64,000 bases of DNA from Octopus sinensis (GCF_006345805.1 NC_042998.1:167772001-167836000), one strand, 5' to 3'; positions 25,192 to 39,722 are shown, numbered from the stretch's first letter. Numbers and translations are program-made. The notes: a model not told the origin generated them from the sequence alone.

Positions 25192-26654
25192 AAAGTAATC
25201 AGTTGCCTTTGCATGCAAGCTTTCAGGTTCCATGCTACCGATAGAAGATGGAAAGAGAAATGCAATACAACTTGAAACCAGTGCCATTACTGGTATTGAC
25301 TTCAGAACAAACGGAACGTATATCACAAGTCAACACATCCTATGCTGTAAAACTTCTGTCAGTCAACTGCCGTAGATCAAAAGGATCGAAGATTCTACTG
25401 AGCCATAGGCTGAAGGTCGCTCTCCCGAACTCTGTGGCGTATATTTCATCCCCTGGATGGGACGCCGGTCCATCGCAGGATTATACATTTTTGCTTGCTG
25501 AGCGGACTGGAGAAACGTAAAAGGAAGTGTTTTGCTAAAGAACACAACGCATCGCTGGTCCAAGAATCGAAACACAATCTTAAGATCATGAATGCAACAC
25601 CCTAATCTCTAAAATACGCGCCTTCACATTGCTCTAGATCAGCACTTCTTTTATCGAAATGAAAGGTAAATTTGACCTCAACGAGATTTGAGATCGGAGC
25701 ATAGAGTTAGTATAAAATATGAAGTATACTATCCGACTTCTTAATTTCGTCGCCTTAAAAGTTTTAGTAGACTTGTCCGAGATATATTCCTCCCTGTGCC
25801 TGTCAAAACTTATGTCCCTGCTGTAAGGCTTTACTTCCACACTTGCCAGCTTAATTTAATTCGTCCTTAGTTGAAAGCACGTGTTCTGTTATTTGTATTT
25901 GTGTACCATTTCTCCGTTTTTTTTCAGCCCTAGGTATATTCTGGTAAAGAATATACCTAGCTAAGGGGTCTAACAAGATCGAAACATGTGCAGAAAGTCA
26001 CTACCTTTCATATTGTCCACTTTGCATTTTTAATTAACTTCAACTGATTAAAATTTCGGAGTTGTCATTCCAGCCTATTTTGACCAGAATTAAATAAGAT
26101 TTTGATACTTTTTCTTCGGCACGGTTTAATTTTAAAATTCACCAGCATTTATCCGTAAATTGCTTTAAGTAGAAGGTGTTTAAATTAAAATCACCATCTG
26201 TGTGTCGTACTAAATGTAAACACAACGTTGATAGGAATAATACTTGATTTTTATGAACGAGAAAAACTTTCTCATAGAAAACATCATGCGTTTCATTAGA
26301 GTACGCAAATTTAGTAAATCTCATAGATAGCGATTTTAATCTAAAGCTGTTTTATTTGCATGGTTTAGTGGTTAGGGTATATGGCTCGTGAGTTCAATTC
26401 CCGGTGACACGATATGTCCTTCAGCAAGATAATTTATTTCACGTTGTTCCAGTCTACTCAGCAAAAATGAGTAGTACCAGTATTTCAAAGGGCCATCATT
26501 GTCACACCCTGTGTCACGCTGAATCTCCATGAGAACTATGCTAAGGGTACACGTGTCTATAGAATTTCACGCGCAGGCTGTTCCGTTGATCGGATCAACA
26601 AGAACCTTTGTCATGTAGTCATAACCGATGGAATGCCAGTTATCATATATATAT

Positions 26655-26705
<51 letters not shown>

Positions 26706-27227
26706 TGTGTGTGAGAGAGAGAGAGAGAGAGGCGAGGAGAGGTAAAGCGAGAAATTTTGATTAGCCGATTGCTGTAAATCCATAATAAGAAACAACTCAA
26801 TATCACAAATACAAAAATTAGTGTTTATTATCTTCTACGCCTATTTGCACGGAAAAATACTGTACAATGGGTACTAATAATCACTAGGGCTGCAGGTGGT
26901 TCTAGATGAATAGTAGATAAAGAAAGCACTAAGACGAATATATTAATGAAACAAGGTTAAGTAACTGAAGGGTGTTGTCTCGTACAATATATCAACGTCA
27001 CATATGTTTATTACGATATTTTAGTGGTTCTGTTTTTTCGTGGCCTTTGCTTGTGTTTTAATAACCAGCCGAAGCATAACAGCTTACATGACAATAACTC
27101 AATGTTATGGCTTTGGTTCATACTAGATGTGTCAATACTTTGTTACAGGTCAATGAATACTACAAAACAACTTCAGTTTATTTAATTGACTGTACTCACA
27201 CGTTTAGAATGATGGCCGAATTAAATA

Positions 27228-27228
<1 letters not shown>

Positions 27229-27278
<50 letters not shown>

Positions 27279-27337
27279 CATTATTATCATTATTATCATT
27301 ATTATCATTATTATCATTATTTTTATTATTATTATTA

Positions 27338-27390
<53 letters not shown>
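27229..27390. repeat. (ATT)n/(ATC) microsatellite
   Basis: Direct reading. Confidence 0.95.
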
Positions 27391-27392
<2 letters not shown>

Positions 27393-28045
27393 GGTGTCGA
27401 GCTGGCAGAAACGTTAGCACTCCGAGTGAAATGCTCAGCAGTATTTCGTCCGCCGCTACGTTCTGGGTTCAAATTCCGCCGAGGTCGACTTTGCCTTTCA
27501 TCCTTTCGTGGTCGTTTAAATAAGTACCAGTTACGCACTGGGGTCGATATAATCAACTTAATCCGTTTGTCTTTCCTTGTTTGTCCTCTCTGTGTTTAGC
27601 CCCTCGTGGGTAGTAAAGAAATAGGAATTTCGCCCGTCGCTATGTTCTGAGTTCAAATTCCTCCGAGGTCAACTTTGCCTTTCATCTTCAGCGTCGATAA
27701 AATGAGTACCAGTTGAACACTGGGGTCGATGTAATCGACTCATCTCCTCCCGCCAAAAATTGCTGCCCTTGTGGCAAAATTCGAAACTATTATTATTTTT
27801 ATCATTGTTGTTGTTGTTGTTATTATTATTCTTACTGTTGTTGGGCGGCGAGCTGGCAGAAACGTTAGCACGCCGGGCGAAATGCTTAGCAGTCGATGAA
27901 ATAAGTACCAGTTACGCACTGGCGTCGATGTAATCGGCTTAATCCGTTTGTCTGTCCTTGTTCGTCGTCTCTGTGTTTAGCCCCTTGTGGGTAGTAAAGA
28001 AATAGGTATTTCGTTTGTCATTACGTTCTGAGTTCAAATTCCGTT
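27393..28045 (+). mobile_element. Two SINE family B copies (GGCGGCGAGCTGGCAGAAACGTTAGCACGCCGGGCGAAATG head)
   Basis: 27393-27790 (internally dimeric) and 27844-28045; B-box-like GTTCTGAGTTCAAATTCC. Confidence 0.88.
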
Positions 28046-28640
28046 GAGTCGTAACAGTAAGGTGAAATTTGTGAGACATTTTGCTGCTATTTCTTGCGAT
28101 TCGAATGACTGTACAAATTCACATACTGGCCCTTGGCAATGGTAATTAATATGTGACATTGAAAAAATATCTTTCGGTAAAGAAATTTAGAAACGTATAT
28201 CTTTAAATGTCCTTCGAAGTGGAACCCATCTAATGAATAAAACTGAAAGGTATTCATTAGTTTACTATTTTTAGAAAACCCAATCAGTGAGCTTAATTAG
28301 TTTTACAGAAAAATAATTTGAGTTGTAGTCTAAATGGGTTAATAGATACTTAAGGAATGACGTCAATATGTTAATTCGTATATTGTTATCAACTTGAGTT
28401 GAATTCTCTGGTCTGTTTCTTCTGAACTAATTTATTTTCTACTTATGTAAACAAAGTATATAAGTACCTATGTCCACATGAAAATGGAAAATGAAATTGC
28501 AAAACTCTAGACAACCCCGAGACGGCTTTGCATGGTTATAAGTGAAACTTCTTTTAAGCATGTTTTTAATCATACTAAAATAATTATAAATGGAACTATA
28601 ACATATATTCATGTATTACCTATGTTTGTAACGTATATAA

Positions 28641-28871
28641 GGCGGCGAGCTGGCAGAAACGTTAGCACGCCGGGCGAAATGCGTAGCCGTATTTCGTCTG
28701 CCGTTACGTTCTGAGTTCAAATTCCGCCGAGGTCGACTTTGCCTTTCATCCTTTCGGGGTCGATAAATTAAGTACCAGTTACGCACTGGGGTCGATGTAA
28801 TCGACTTAATCCGTTTGTCTGTCCTTGTTTGGCCCCTCTATGTTTGGCCCCTTGTGGGTAGTAAAGAAATA
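28641..28871 (+). mobile_element. SINE family B (consensus-like)
   Basis: Near-identical in reverse complement to 53541-53771. Confidence 0.92.
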
Positions 28872-28964
28872 TATATGTTATGTTGTGTAAGTGTGTAAGT
28901 ATGAGTTTGGGTGTGTAGATACACACACATACACACATATATATATATGTAATTGATATGTATA

Positions 28965-28995
<31 letters not shown>

Positions 28996-29473
28996 GTATG
29001 TGTGTGTATATATATATATATGCACACACACACATTAAATATATACGAGGGATGCTGAAAAGTTCCTTTACTGGGCTTAGAACTTAAGGGCCGCTGTAAT
29101 AAGTGTGTGATCTGAAAGGGGAATATTTTGAATAAAATCATAATTATTTACATTATTTACCTTTGACGGACATTTGTCCACATCTTGTTTGTTGTTAAAA
29201 CACATTTCAGCTGATGTACTCTCAAGCCTTAATCAAGAGGGATTCTGAACCTGGGTATTCCTAAGGTATTTTTCCGATGTTATTATTATTATTGCTATTA
29301 TTCAGGTCACTACCTGGAATCGGAATCTTGGTGTTAGTAACCTGCGCTCTTAACCACTACGCCATATGCCGGTGGACAATTATGGAATGAATTTTAAGGC
29401 TTATGAATCTAATATTTTCCTATCCTTCCTTTAATACCATAAAGATACCAAAAGCTTGGGGAGATGAACTAAG

Positions 29474-30960
29474 GTGGAATGTGATACAGGGACTAGAAAA
29501 GCGAAACTTCCCAAACCAAACATCACCAAGGAAGAAAAGTTCGCTATCAAAGCACTACAGAGTGACAATTCCACCATAATACTTCCAGCGGACAAGGGAA
29601 ATCCTGTGGTAATGAAAAAGCCTGACTATTCTGAAAAATTGGCAAGTCTCATAAGTAAAGTCTCATAAGCAAAGTAAAGAAAGACCCAACTCTGAAAACA
29701 GAAAGGAATTTGTCACAGATCTTGATCAAGAACAAGGATCACTTTATACCAATGAAGTACAGACAACTGTCTGGACACCACAGTAAGCTACCACACATAC
29801 ACGATCTTCCTAAGATTCACAAGGATGGTATTCCATTAAGACCTATAGTGAGCTGTAGAGGTTCATCATGTCATCCACTGAGCCGCTTCCTTGTGAATAT
29901 AATTAGTCCATTAGCAAGAATGTCAATATCGTACGTGAAGAATTCCATCCACTTCACAGAAATGATACCCCCATAGCATTCAACCAGATGGTGAGTCTAG
30001 ATGTGATAAGTTTGTTCACCAAAGTTCCAAATGATGAAGCACTATCAGTGATTCAAGAAAAACTGGTGACAGACACTTATCTAGTATACCAATAGGAAAC
30101 TTGATGGAAATGTTGACCTTCTGTGTAGAAACTACCTACTTCAGAATGGATACTGATATATATCGACAAGAAGAGGGTTTAGCTATGGGTTCACCATTAT
30201 TACCAATAATAGCGAATATATACATGGAATACTTTGAGAATTTGGCTAACACCACTAAAACTAATCCTATGGCTGCGATATATTGATGGCACCTTTATAC
30301 TCTGTCCAAGTACTGTTAAATCATGTGAACTCAACAAAGCCAACCATATAGTTCACAATGGAAAAGGAAAAAGACAATCAGCTAGCATTCCTGGACGTAT
30401 AATAACATGCACCAAGTATGGATTCAAGACATCTGTATACCGCAAGCCAACCTTCACTGGACGATACCTCAACTTCAATTCCCAACTTCCATACAGTGTA
30501 AAGAGAGGGATTGCTCAGTGCCTAAAACATCGAGCAAAGAATATAAGTAGCGATCGTGATACCCACCACGAAGAAGTGATCAAGCTCAGTAACAATCTAT
30601 TAAGCAACAACTATCCTAAAAACATACTATCCACTCCAATTATGAAGAAAAGAGAGGATGAAACTGTCCACAGTCTGTCTACCCTATGTGAAAGGCCTCT
30701 ACGAAAAGATGCAAAAGATATACGGCCCATATGACATCAGGACAGCATTCAAGAGTAATACAACACTTCGCAAATATCTCCTTCGAGTAAAACCACCAAT
30801 AGGAGAGAATATGATCAAAGACTGCGTGTACTCCTTCCCATGCAGCTGTGGTAGGTTATACAAAGTGAAACATGCTGCTCCCTCAAAATGAGCGGAGAGG
30901 AATATCGCAAAGCTATGACACAAGGAGATATTGATAAATCTGGTATAGCTGCGTCCCAGT
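29474..30960 (+). mobile_element. Decayed Penelope-like retroelement: RT plus GIY-YIG endonuclease
   Basis: Fragments ILPADKGN, LPKIHKDGIPLRPIVS, YRQEEGLAMGSPL, WLRYIDGTF, VYRKPTFTGRYLNF, CVYSFPCSCG; multiple frameshifts and stops. Confidence 0.93.
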
Positions 30961-31066
30961 TGCGTCCTGGGGTCGATCTAATCGACTGGCCCCCCTCCCC
31001 CAAATTTAGGGCCTTGTGCCTAGAGTAGAAAAAAAAGTAGGAAAGAATATACTGAATTTCGTATAA

Positions 31067-31281
31067 GGCGGTGAGATAGCAGAATCGTTAGCACACCGGG
31101 CGAAATGTTCAGCAGTAGTTCATCCGTCTTTACTTCCTCAGTTCAAATCCTGCCGAGGTCGACTTTACTTTTCACCCTTTCAGGGCCGATAAAATACGTA
31201 CCAGTTGAACACTGAGGTCGATATAATCGACTTACCTCTTCCCCTAAAATTGCTGGCCTTGTGCCAAAACTTGAAACCAAT
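31067..31281 (+). mobile_element. SINE family B, diverged
   Basis: Head and body motifs. Confidence 0.82.
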
Positions 31282-31862
31282 ATACTGAACTTCGTGGTCT
31301 TTATTGAATCCTCCCTCTGTCTTACTGAGTAACATTACTAATGTGGATGGTCCAATAATTGATTAAGAGCAAGACTCTATCACACTTTGTGTTTTGCAGA
31401 TAGATACTCTTTACAATGCTTGAAAATAGATTTATTTGAAACGAGAGAGAAGTGATTTATTAAGTTTGCCACATCCTTTTTAGATGACCTATGTAATATT
31501 TTTAATCACCCTCTTAATGATATTGGGAAAAAATTAAGAATCGACGTGAAATGATAAACCTAGAAAACATGCAAAAAATAAAATATTTGGACATTTAATT
31601 ATTCGGCAGTTTAGATCAAAATAAAATAGGTCGGTCGTTGACAAGTTTCACCTTAAATTGTTGGGATTTTCTCTTTATGAAATTGTGTAATTGCAAGTAT
31701 CTAAGCGCTACTTTCCTTTAACTCACTTAACTTTTCCAGCAGCAGTATGCTCTAGTTGTATTGAATTACAAATTAGCCACTCCCATCACATTTCTGTTTT
31801 GTTAATTCCTTTTTTTACACCATTTCCAGATCGCGTAATTGTTTGACCTATTCCCTCTTATA

Positions 31863-31865
<3 letters not shown>

Positions 31866-31937
<72 letters not shown>
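31866..31937. repeat. (CT)n microsatellite
   Basis: Direct reading. Confidence 0.95.
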
Positions 31938-31944
<7 letters not shown>

Positions 31945-32267
31945 CTCTGTGTATGTGTGCTCTCTTGCTTCCCTTCCACTTCTCTTTCTCTGTCACATAT
32001 CTTTAAATGTTAACAGATCGAATGGAGTAAACTTTTGTTTGATTTTAGACCAAGTAAAATCAAGAGTTAATAATAAACGCTACAAAGGACTCGCACATCC
32101 AGTACAGCAAACGGTAAAATTATGGGCGGGAGTAACATAAATATAGAGCTGAAGAAACAAAGTTATATAAAAACGAGGGAAAAGGGTCAGCATGAGGAAA
32201 GGGTTAAAAATATGGACCAAAGTCATGGAACACAAAATTTTGTAAAAAGAAATACAGTAATTAAATT

Positions 32268-32681
32268 GGCGCAGGAGTGGCTGTGTGGTAAGAAGCTTGC
32301 TAACCAACCACATGGTTCCGGGTTCAGTCCCACTGCGTGGCATCTTGGGCAAGTGTCTTCTGCTATAGCCCCGGGCCGACCAATGCCTTGTGAGTGGATT
32401 TGGTAGACGGAAACTGAAAGAAGCCTGTCGTATATATGTATGTATATATGTATGTGTGTGTGTTTGTGTGTCTGTGTTTGTCTCCCTAGCATTGCTTGAC
32501 AACCGATGCTGGTGTGTTTACGTCCCCGTCACCTAGCGGTTCGGCAAAAAAGACCGATAGAATAAGTACTGGGATTACAAAGAATAAGTCCCGGGGTCGA
32601 GTTGCTCGACTAAAGGCGGTGCTCCAGCATGGCCGCAGTCAAATGACTGAAACAAGTAAAAGAGTAAAAGAGTAAAGAGTA
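32268..32681 (+). mobile_element. SINE family A (young, full length)
   Basis: Complete copy. Confidence 0.92.
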
Positions 32682-32876
32682 ATTAAAACAAAAACATAAT
32701 TCCCCCCCCCCCCATATGGGGACCAGAACTTCCCACGACTTTGCCCTCTGCTACTTCTTGTACTGACATCTGATGTGCCCAGAGCACCAGTTTACCTTTC
32801 CTTTTGGCGTTTGGCAGGTTAGGAATAACCTATGCTGCCTCAGCTGTCTTGAATACTCATAATAAGAGAGTACTTT

Positions 32877-33283
32877 GCTGGCAGAAACGTTAGCACGTCA
32901 GGCGAAATGCGTAGCCGTATTTCGTGTGCCGTTACGTTCTGAGTTCAAATTCCGCCGAGGTCGACTTTGCCTTTCATCCCTTTCGGGGTCGATTAAATAA
33001 GTACCGGTAACGCACTGAGGTCGATATAATCGACTTAATCCGTCTGTCTGTCCTTGTGTGTCTCCTCTATGTTTAGCCGTTTGTGGGTGGTAAAGAAATA
33101 GAAATAGGTATTCGTTTGTCATTTACACTCTGAGTTCAAATTCCGCCGAGGTCGACTTTGCTTTCGGCCTTTCGGAGTCGATAATACACGTACCAGTCGA
33201 GCACTGAGGGTGAAGGTGTCTCGATGTAATCGACTTATATCCTCCCACAAAATTGCTGGCCTTGTGCCAAAATTTGAAACCAG
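32877..33283 (+). mobile_element. SINE family B, dimeric
   Basis: Body segment repeated after AAAGAAATAG. Confidence 0.88.
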
Positions 33284-33493
33284 TAAGCGAGCACTTCTTT
33301 AAAAGTCTGTTGTCTGTATGTTTATAATTATCGTTCGCCACTAAATACTACTCCGCAAATATTTCGCTGATGCCTTTTTTTGAGGATCGATCTTCTTTCT
33401 TATGGGTTTTTCTTCTTTATTTACCTAGCGTACTTTCGGCGAAAGCTTTGTGTGTGTGTGTGTGTGTGGTGTGTGTGTGTGTGTGTGTGTGTA

Positions 33494-33830
33494 GGCGCAG
33501 GCGCGGCTGTGTGATAGGAAGCTTGCTTCCCAGCCACGTGGGTCCTGCTTCAGGCCTACTGCGTGACATTCTGGACAAGTGTCTTCTACTATAGCCTCGG
33601 GCCGACCAAAGCCTTGTGAGTGGATTTGGTAGACGAAAACTGAAAGAAGTTCGTCGCATATATATATATATATGTATATACGTATATGTGTGTGTATGTT
33701 TGTCCTCCATCATCGCTTCATAACCGATGTTGGTGCGTTTACGTCCCTGTAACTTAACATTTCGGCAAAAAGACCGATAGAATAAGTAGTAGGCTTTAAA
33801 AATAAGTCCTGGGGTCGATTTATTTGACTA
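33494..33830 (+). mobile_element. SINE family A
   Basis: Head and body recognisable, tail truncated. Confidence 0.85.
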
Positions 33831-34342
33831 TTTGACTATTTATTTTGTGGTGGCTTCACCAGTATGTAGATGTTAGCGTTAATAACAGTGATCTCAACAG
33901 TATATAGAAGAGGCATGGGTGACCTTTTTCGACAAGTGGCCTGCATAAGATATCGCCTATCATCAGACGCGCCTCACTGTTAAATAAAGAGCAAGAACCC
34001 CTGAAATATGCACACACACACCCATTACCTATTTTCTATCTTCGATCGCGTTGTTTACATAGACGCGTCCGTATATGAAAGGTCGTAGCAAATCAGTGCT
34101 GGATATAATTTTTATCGGAAATCTGTAGAGATAACCTAAAAATGTGATTTAATAGCACTGCTAACAGAGTATGACATTGTATTGACTTGTAAAGCAATCG
34201 GTGTAATTTGTAGTATATTATTGTTGGGTACTATTTAAGAAGAGTGGTCCCGGTGCGCGCACTCCACGCTAGCTAGTCGATCCTTACTTTGTGATTTTGT
34301 TTTATTTACTGTGTGTAAAAAAATTATTTTTTTGTATTTTAT

Positions 34343-34631
34343 TTACTTTACTCTTTTACTCTCTTACTCTTTTACTTGTTTCAGTCATTTGACTGCGGCC
34401 ATGCTGGAGCACCGCCTTTTGTCGAACAAATCGACCCCAGGACTTATTCTTTGTAAGTCTAGTACTTATTCTATCGGGTCTTTTGCCGAACCGCTAAGTT
34501 ACGGGGACGTAAACACACCAGCATCGGTTGTCAAGCGATGTTGGGGTGACAAACACAGACACCCCACCACACCGCACACACCCATATACATACATACATA
34601 CATACATATATATATATATATATCTTATTAT

Positions 34632-34683
<52 letters not shown>

Positions 34684-34991
34684 CACATATATATATATAA
34701 AAAAACATAAAGAGGAGGACACTGCGTGATAGAAGGAGGCGGAGGAACAAACAAATAAAAAGAAAAAGTTAAATGAAAGAAAGGAAAATAGATATATGTG
34801 AAGGCGCAGGCGCAGCTGAGTGGTAAGACGCTTGCGTTTCAACCATATGATTGTGGGTTCAGTCCCACTGCATGGAACATTGGGCATGTATCTTCTCCAG
34901 TAATCCCGGGCCAGCCAACCCTTGTGAGAGAAATTAGTTGAGGAAGCTGAAAGAAGCCCGTCGTATATATGTATAGGTATATGTATATATT

Positions 34992-35036
<45 letters not shown>

Positions 35037-35249
35037 TATATATATATTATATATATATATATGTGTGTGTGCATAAGTTTGTGTGTCTGTGTTGTCCCCC
35101 CAACATCGCTTGACAACCGATGCTGGTGTGTTTACGTCCCCGTAACTTAGCGGTTCGGCAAAAAAGGACTAGGCTAACAAAGATAAGTCCTGGCGGTGCT
35201 CCAGCATGGCCACAGTCCAATGGCTAAAACAAGTAAAAGAGTAAAGAGT
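34343..35249. mobile_element. SINE family A tail (-, ~34343-34575) and diverged copy (+, 34803-35249)
   Basis: Family A motifs in opposite orientations. Confidence 0.82.
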
Positions 35250-35903
35250 ATATGATACGATAACATGTTGTTGAAGCTACAGTGGTAGAAGACAGAGGTT
35301 TAAAAACCGGTAATAAAAGGTAAAAATGAAAAAAATATGTCGAGGTAAAGATGGGAGATATAAAGATAGTTAAAAAGACGTACATATGCACTGGAATACG
35401 GTGAGACGTAGAGAGAATCTGTGGAAAGAAAGAGACCGAGAAAGTGACCGAGATACGTTAATAAAAAAAGCTTACATCATCAGAAGTCGTGACTGAAATG
35501 TATGAAAGACTAGAAAGCCTTGGTAAGATAATAAGCAGGGGTGTCAAAAACAGACGAGAGGAAATGTTAGAGAAAGTAGATAGAAATAGAAGAGAAAGTG
35601 ACGGAACGAGAGAGGCGGGTAGAGAGAGAGTAAAAGAGACATAGATAGAGGTGGGATAGGTGAAAGAAAAATATTTCTGGATCAAGTTTGATGTTTGTTG
35701 AAATTCATTTCAGAAATGTGTTACGTCATGTGTAAAATACGGCTTTGATGTTTCTTGTTATGTATATGCAAAGCATCTGAAATCAACAATTTGAGATGAA
35801 AAAAATAAACACATCGGCTGGAATAGACATATGCTATGTCTCATATGCAGTTTACTCCATTTATGGCTTAACGAATTTCCTTTCAAATATTAGATACACC
35901 TAA

Positions 35904-36712
35904 GGCGGCTAGCTGGCAGAAACGTTAGCACGCCGAGTAAAATGCTTTGCGGTATTTCGTCCGCCGCTGCGTTCTGAGTTCAAATTCCGCCGAGGTCGAC
36001 TTTGCCTTTCATCCTTTCGGGGTCGATAAATTAAGGACCAGTTACGCACTGGGGTCGATGTAATCGACTTAATCTCTTTGTCTGTCCTTGTTTGTGCCCT
36101 CTATGTTTAGCCCCTTGTGGGTAATAAAGAAATAGATACGCCTAGCTGGCAGAATCGTTAGCATACCAGGCAAAATGTTTAGCGGCTTTTCGTCCGTCTG
36201 CCAATTCTAAGTTCAAATTGCATTGTGGTCGACTTTGCTTTTCATCATTTTGGGGTCGATAAAATAAGTACCAAGTGGGTACTGAGGTCGATGTCATCAA
36301 CTTGACCATTTCCCCGAACTTGTTGGTCTTTTGCCAAAATTTGAAACCAATATTAGGTGCACTTAAAGATACAAGCTGGCAAATCGTAAGCAGTTCTGAG
36401 TTCAAATTCCGCCCAGGTCGACTTTGCTTTTCATCCTTTCGGGGTCGATTAAATAAGTAACAGTTACGCAATGGGGTCGATATAATCGACTTAATCCGTT
36501 TGTCTGTCCTTGTTTGTCCCCTCTGTGTTTAGCCCCTTGTGGGTAGTAGAGAAATAGGTATTTCGTCTGTCTTTATGTTCTGAGTTCAAATTCCGCCGAG
36601 GTTGACTTAGCCTTTCATCCTTTCGGAGTCGATAAATTAAGTACCAGTTACGCACTGGAGTCTGTCTTTCTCCCCTTTATGTTTAGTCCCTTGTGGGCAA
36701 TAAAGAAATAAG
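35904..36712 (+). mobile_element. Stack of three or more SINE family B units
   Basis: Repeated GTTCTGAGTTCAAATTCCGCC...GTCGACTTTGC units. Confidence 0.88.
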
Positions 36713-37027
36713 ATATATATCTTGTGTGTATAAATAGATGTACGAACGTTATTGTTGAGATTAGATCTCCATTTAGATTACCATTGTCCAGTTGGCTTGC
36801 AAGGTAGTGATTTGGCTAATACTATACTCAGTAGTATTACTAGTTATGGTATATAGGAGACATTACGGGAAACACAAATTTATATCACTTGTTCATACGT
36901 ACGTTTCACCATTGTGGTTGTTTACAACTCTTCATTAGTTGTTGCAGGTACAACTGGATACTTACCTACATCGAATCGTCGGTGAACATGTTATTATATT
37001 ACGTTACGCAGAGCTCTGTGTGTGTGT

Positions 37028-37116
<89 letters not shown>

Positions 37117-37841
37117 ATTACAATACATACATATGTGTATACATAGATATGTATCATATTACGTCTCGAGTCTTCAAAGAAAGAAGAATAATTTTAATAA
37201 GAATTGAATCACAACACAAATAGTTGGCAATCCCTACTTTATCACCGACGCTATATGCCCACGACAAGGCATAGAACATTCAAACGCTCAGTTTAAATAA
37301 GTAACACCAGATTATCTGTGTAGCTTATCGCTTTAATCGACCGAAACACTAAGAAACTGACATTAGCTCCAGTAACTTACAATGATGAAGTTTCACTTAT
37401 CTTAAATAGGAACCCATCTCGGAGGAAACGCCTTGCCCTCCCATCGTATTCGATTGTGAGACAATCGCACCCAAACACATACACACACACTTTTCTTTTT
37501 CTTTCCGAATAGTTTTTCTGAATTTCTTTTTGAACTACCATAAATTAAAAGTTTACATACCATAGAAATATAGATTACAAACAAAATCACAATGTCTCTC
37601 TCATGTTAACTGGTCGTCGGCTATTTTGTCTAGTTTTCCTTTAGTTATGTGATAATGTGTATCGACTACTCAGTGAGTCATCTAAATGTCGTAGCCCTCA
37701 TCTTTCTTCTCACCCTACTGCTATTTTTTCAGTTTTTGTACAATATTTTTCTTCAGCTTGTTGAATATGAAATTATATATTATACTATGAAGCCACAAGT
37801 AATAGAAAAACAATATAACCTTTCACTTTTGACTATAAATA

Positions 37842-37989
37842 CCCAGTTGTATATTCACAAATTTATGCAAATAAAGCTAACATCTCTGATCACCGGAACA
37901 TCATAGGTACATGTTCCGGTGATATGATAAGTTAGCTTTCTCTATTTTCCTCAATTTGTGAATATACAGTTGTATTGTACAATACTGGG
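37842..37989. repeat. Imperfect inverted repeat / hairpin element
   Basis: ATCACCGGAACAT (37889-37901) with ATGTTCCGGTGAT (37911-37923); pairing extends through AAAGCTAAC and GTATATTCACAAATT to CCCAG/CTGGG. Confidence 0.8.
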
Positions 37990-38248
37990 CATATATATTA
38001 TGTAAACATGCTGGTATAACTTTGAATAATGATATGAATGATAATGCATAATGAAGATTACGAAACAGCTGTAATCACATGGGAATACAATGGAGAAAAA
38101 ATTATTTTCGCCTATCATACTTCCTGACTTTATTCTCTCTTTCTATCTCTTTCTTTATGTATATGTATAAAAAAAATAACAAACTTTCCGACTTAAAACT
38201 AGAGAAATTCAGAAGTGATTATCTCACCTCAAGCGCAGAAACTGACGC

Positions 38249-38294
<46 letters not shown>

Positions 38295-38954
38295 ACTGCT
38301 ATAATAGCAGCAGAATAGAAAACACACACATACATTTGTAGTTATGTTTACAGGATATGTCGGTTCTAATTCCCCGGGTAGCTTTCGACCATTTCAATCC
38401 AAGAATTTTTAGCCTAGTATTTACCTACTTTTATAGATCTGTCTGTTTCGGGATCCACCATTTCTATAAATGAATTATTTCACGTACTCTCAAAGTCTAT
38501 ACAATCTTAAATCAACAACATACAATTCTCGCCGGTGAGGATAAAGTTTCTAAATAGCTAAAGGTATTCGAATGATAACTTTGGTCCAATGGTAAAGCGC
38601 CTGTCATGTTTAAATGAGACGTGGGTTTAAATCTCATGGTAAGCCCTCGACTTTTTCTAAAAAAAAAAAGTGTTTTTAACCCAATATTTATGCATCTTTA
38701 TTTATAGCTTTATCACTATAAAAGTCAGCAGAATTTCTGTTGACAAGTTTCTGATACTTGTGACAAACAGGAAAGCAGGCATTGGTTCAGGAAAGAAAAG
38801 TCCTATCAACATATCTGGATATATTTCGATTATAGGGACGAGTCAACGTTAAATATATGTATTTTGTTCATTACAAGTATTGTGTGTGAGTGTGAATGTG
38901 TGTTTGTGTGTAATATTCTATTTAATACTTCATATTCTTCAAACGTCCGTTCTA

Positions 38955-39217
38955 TCATTCCGTGTATGTGGGCGCGTGTGTGGGCGCGTGTGTGGGCGCA
39001 TGTGCGTGATCGTGTGTATATGGATATGCATCTATATGTATATACATACATGTACATAAATACATATGCACATATGTGCATATAATGTGAGTGCCTATAT
39101 ATACATACATGTGTATATATGTATGTATATTTATATATATACATATACACACATATATATACATGTATATGTGTATATATATATATATACACACATATAT
39201 ACATATATATATACATG

Positions 39218-39263
<46 letters not shown>

Positions 39264-39397
39264 TATATATACATGATAAATGTTCATATAGACATTCAAA
39301 TATATAAATATATATCCGTTTACAGATTCACACATACATCTATATGTGCTCACGCACGCACACACACAAGCACACACATGCACACGCACACACAAGA

Positions 39398-39428
<31 letters not shown>

Positions 39429-39649
39429 AACAAACAGGCACACATACATATATTAGTTTCAGTACGTTTATATGTTTAACACTGCTCATATTTAAATCAG
39501 TTTCATGTCGAGATATATGCACTGAGGTATATCGCAACGTTAACATTCACACACACACACACAACACATATATATAAAATGTTACATTTTATATACCCCC
39601 AATATTTAATACAATCTCTGTTCGGCCTCTCCTTTTCTCATATATATAT

Positions 39650-39722
<73 letters not shown>

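Noticed and set aside
35471-35495. Minus-strand CTGATGA; also TTGATGAAGGGATTAA at ~50784
   Set aside because: No downstream stem II/GAAA; at most truncated relics.
27393-36712. Regularly recurring ~30-40-bp motifs suggestive of a CRISPR-like array
   Set aside because: They are internal parts of dispersed SINE family B copies in eukaryotic DNA, with no constant spacer length and no cas genes.
38578-38648. tRNA-like sequence with A/B-box remnants
   Set aside because: Cloverleaf stems do not pair; likely a decayed SINE head. SINE heads elsewhere are also not called as tRNA genes.
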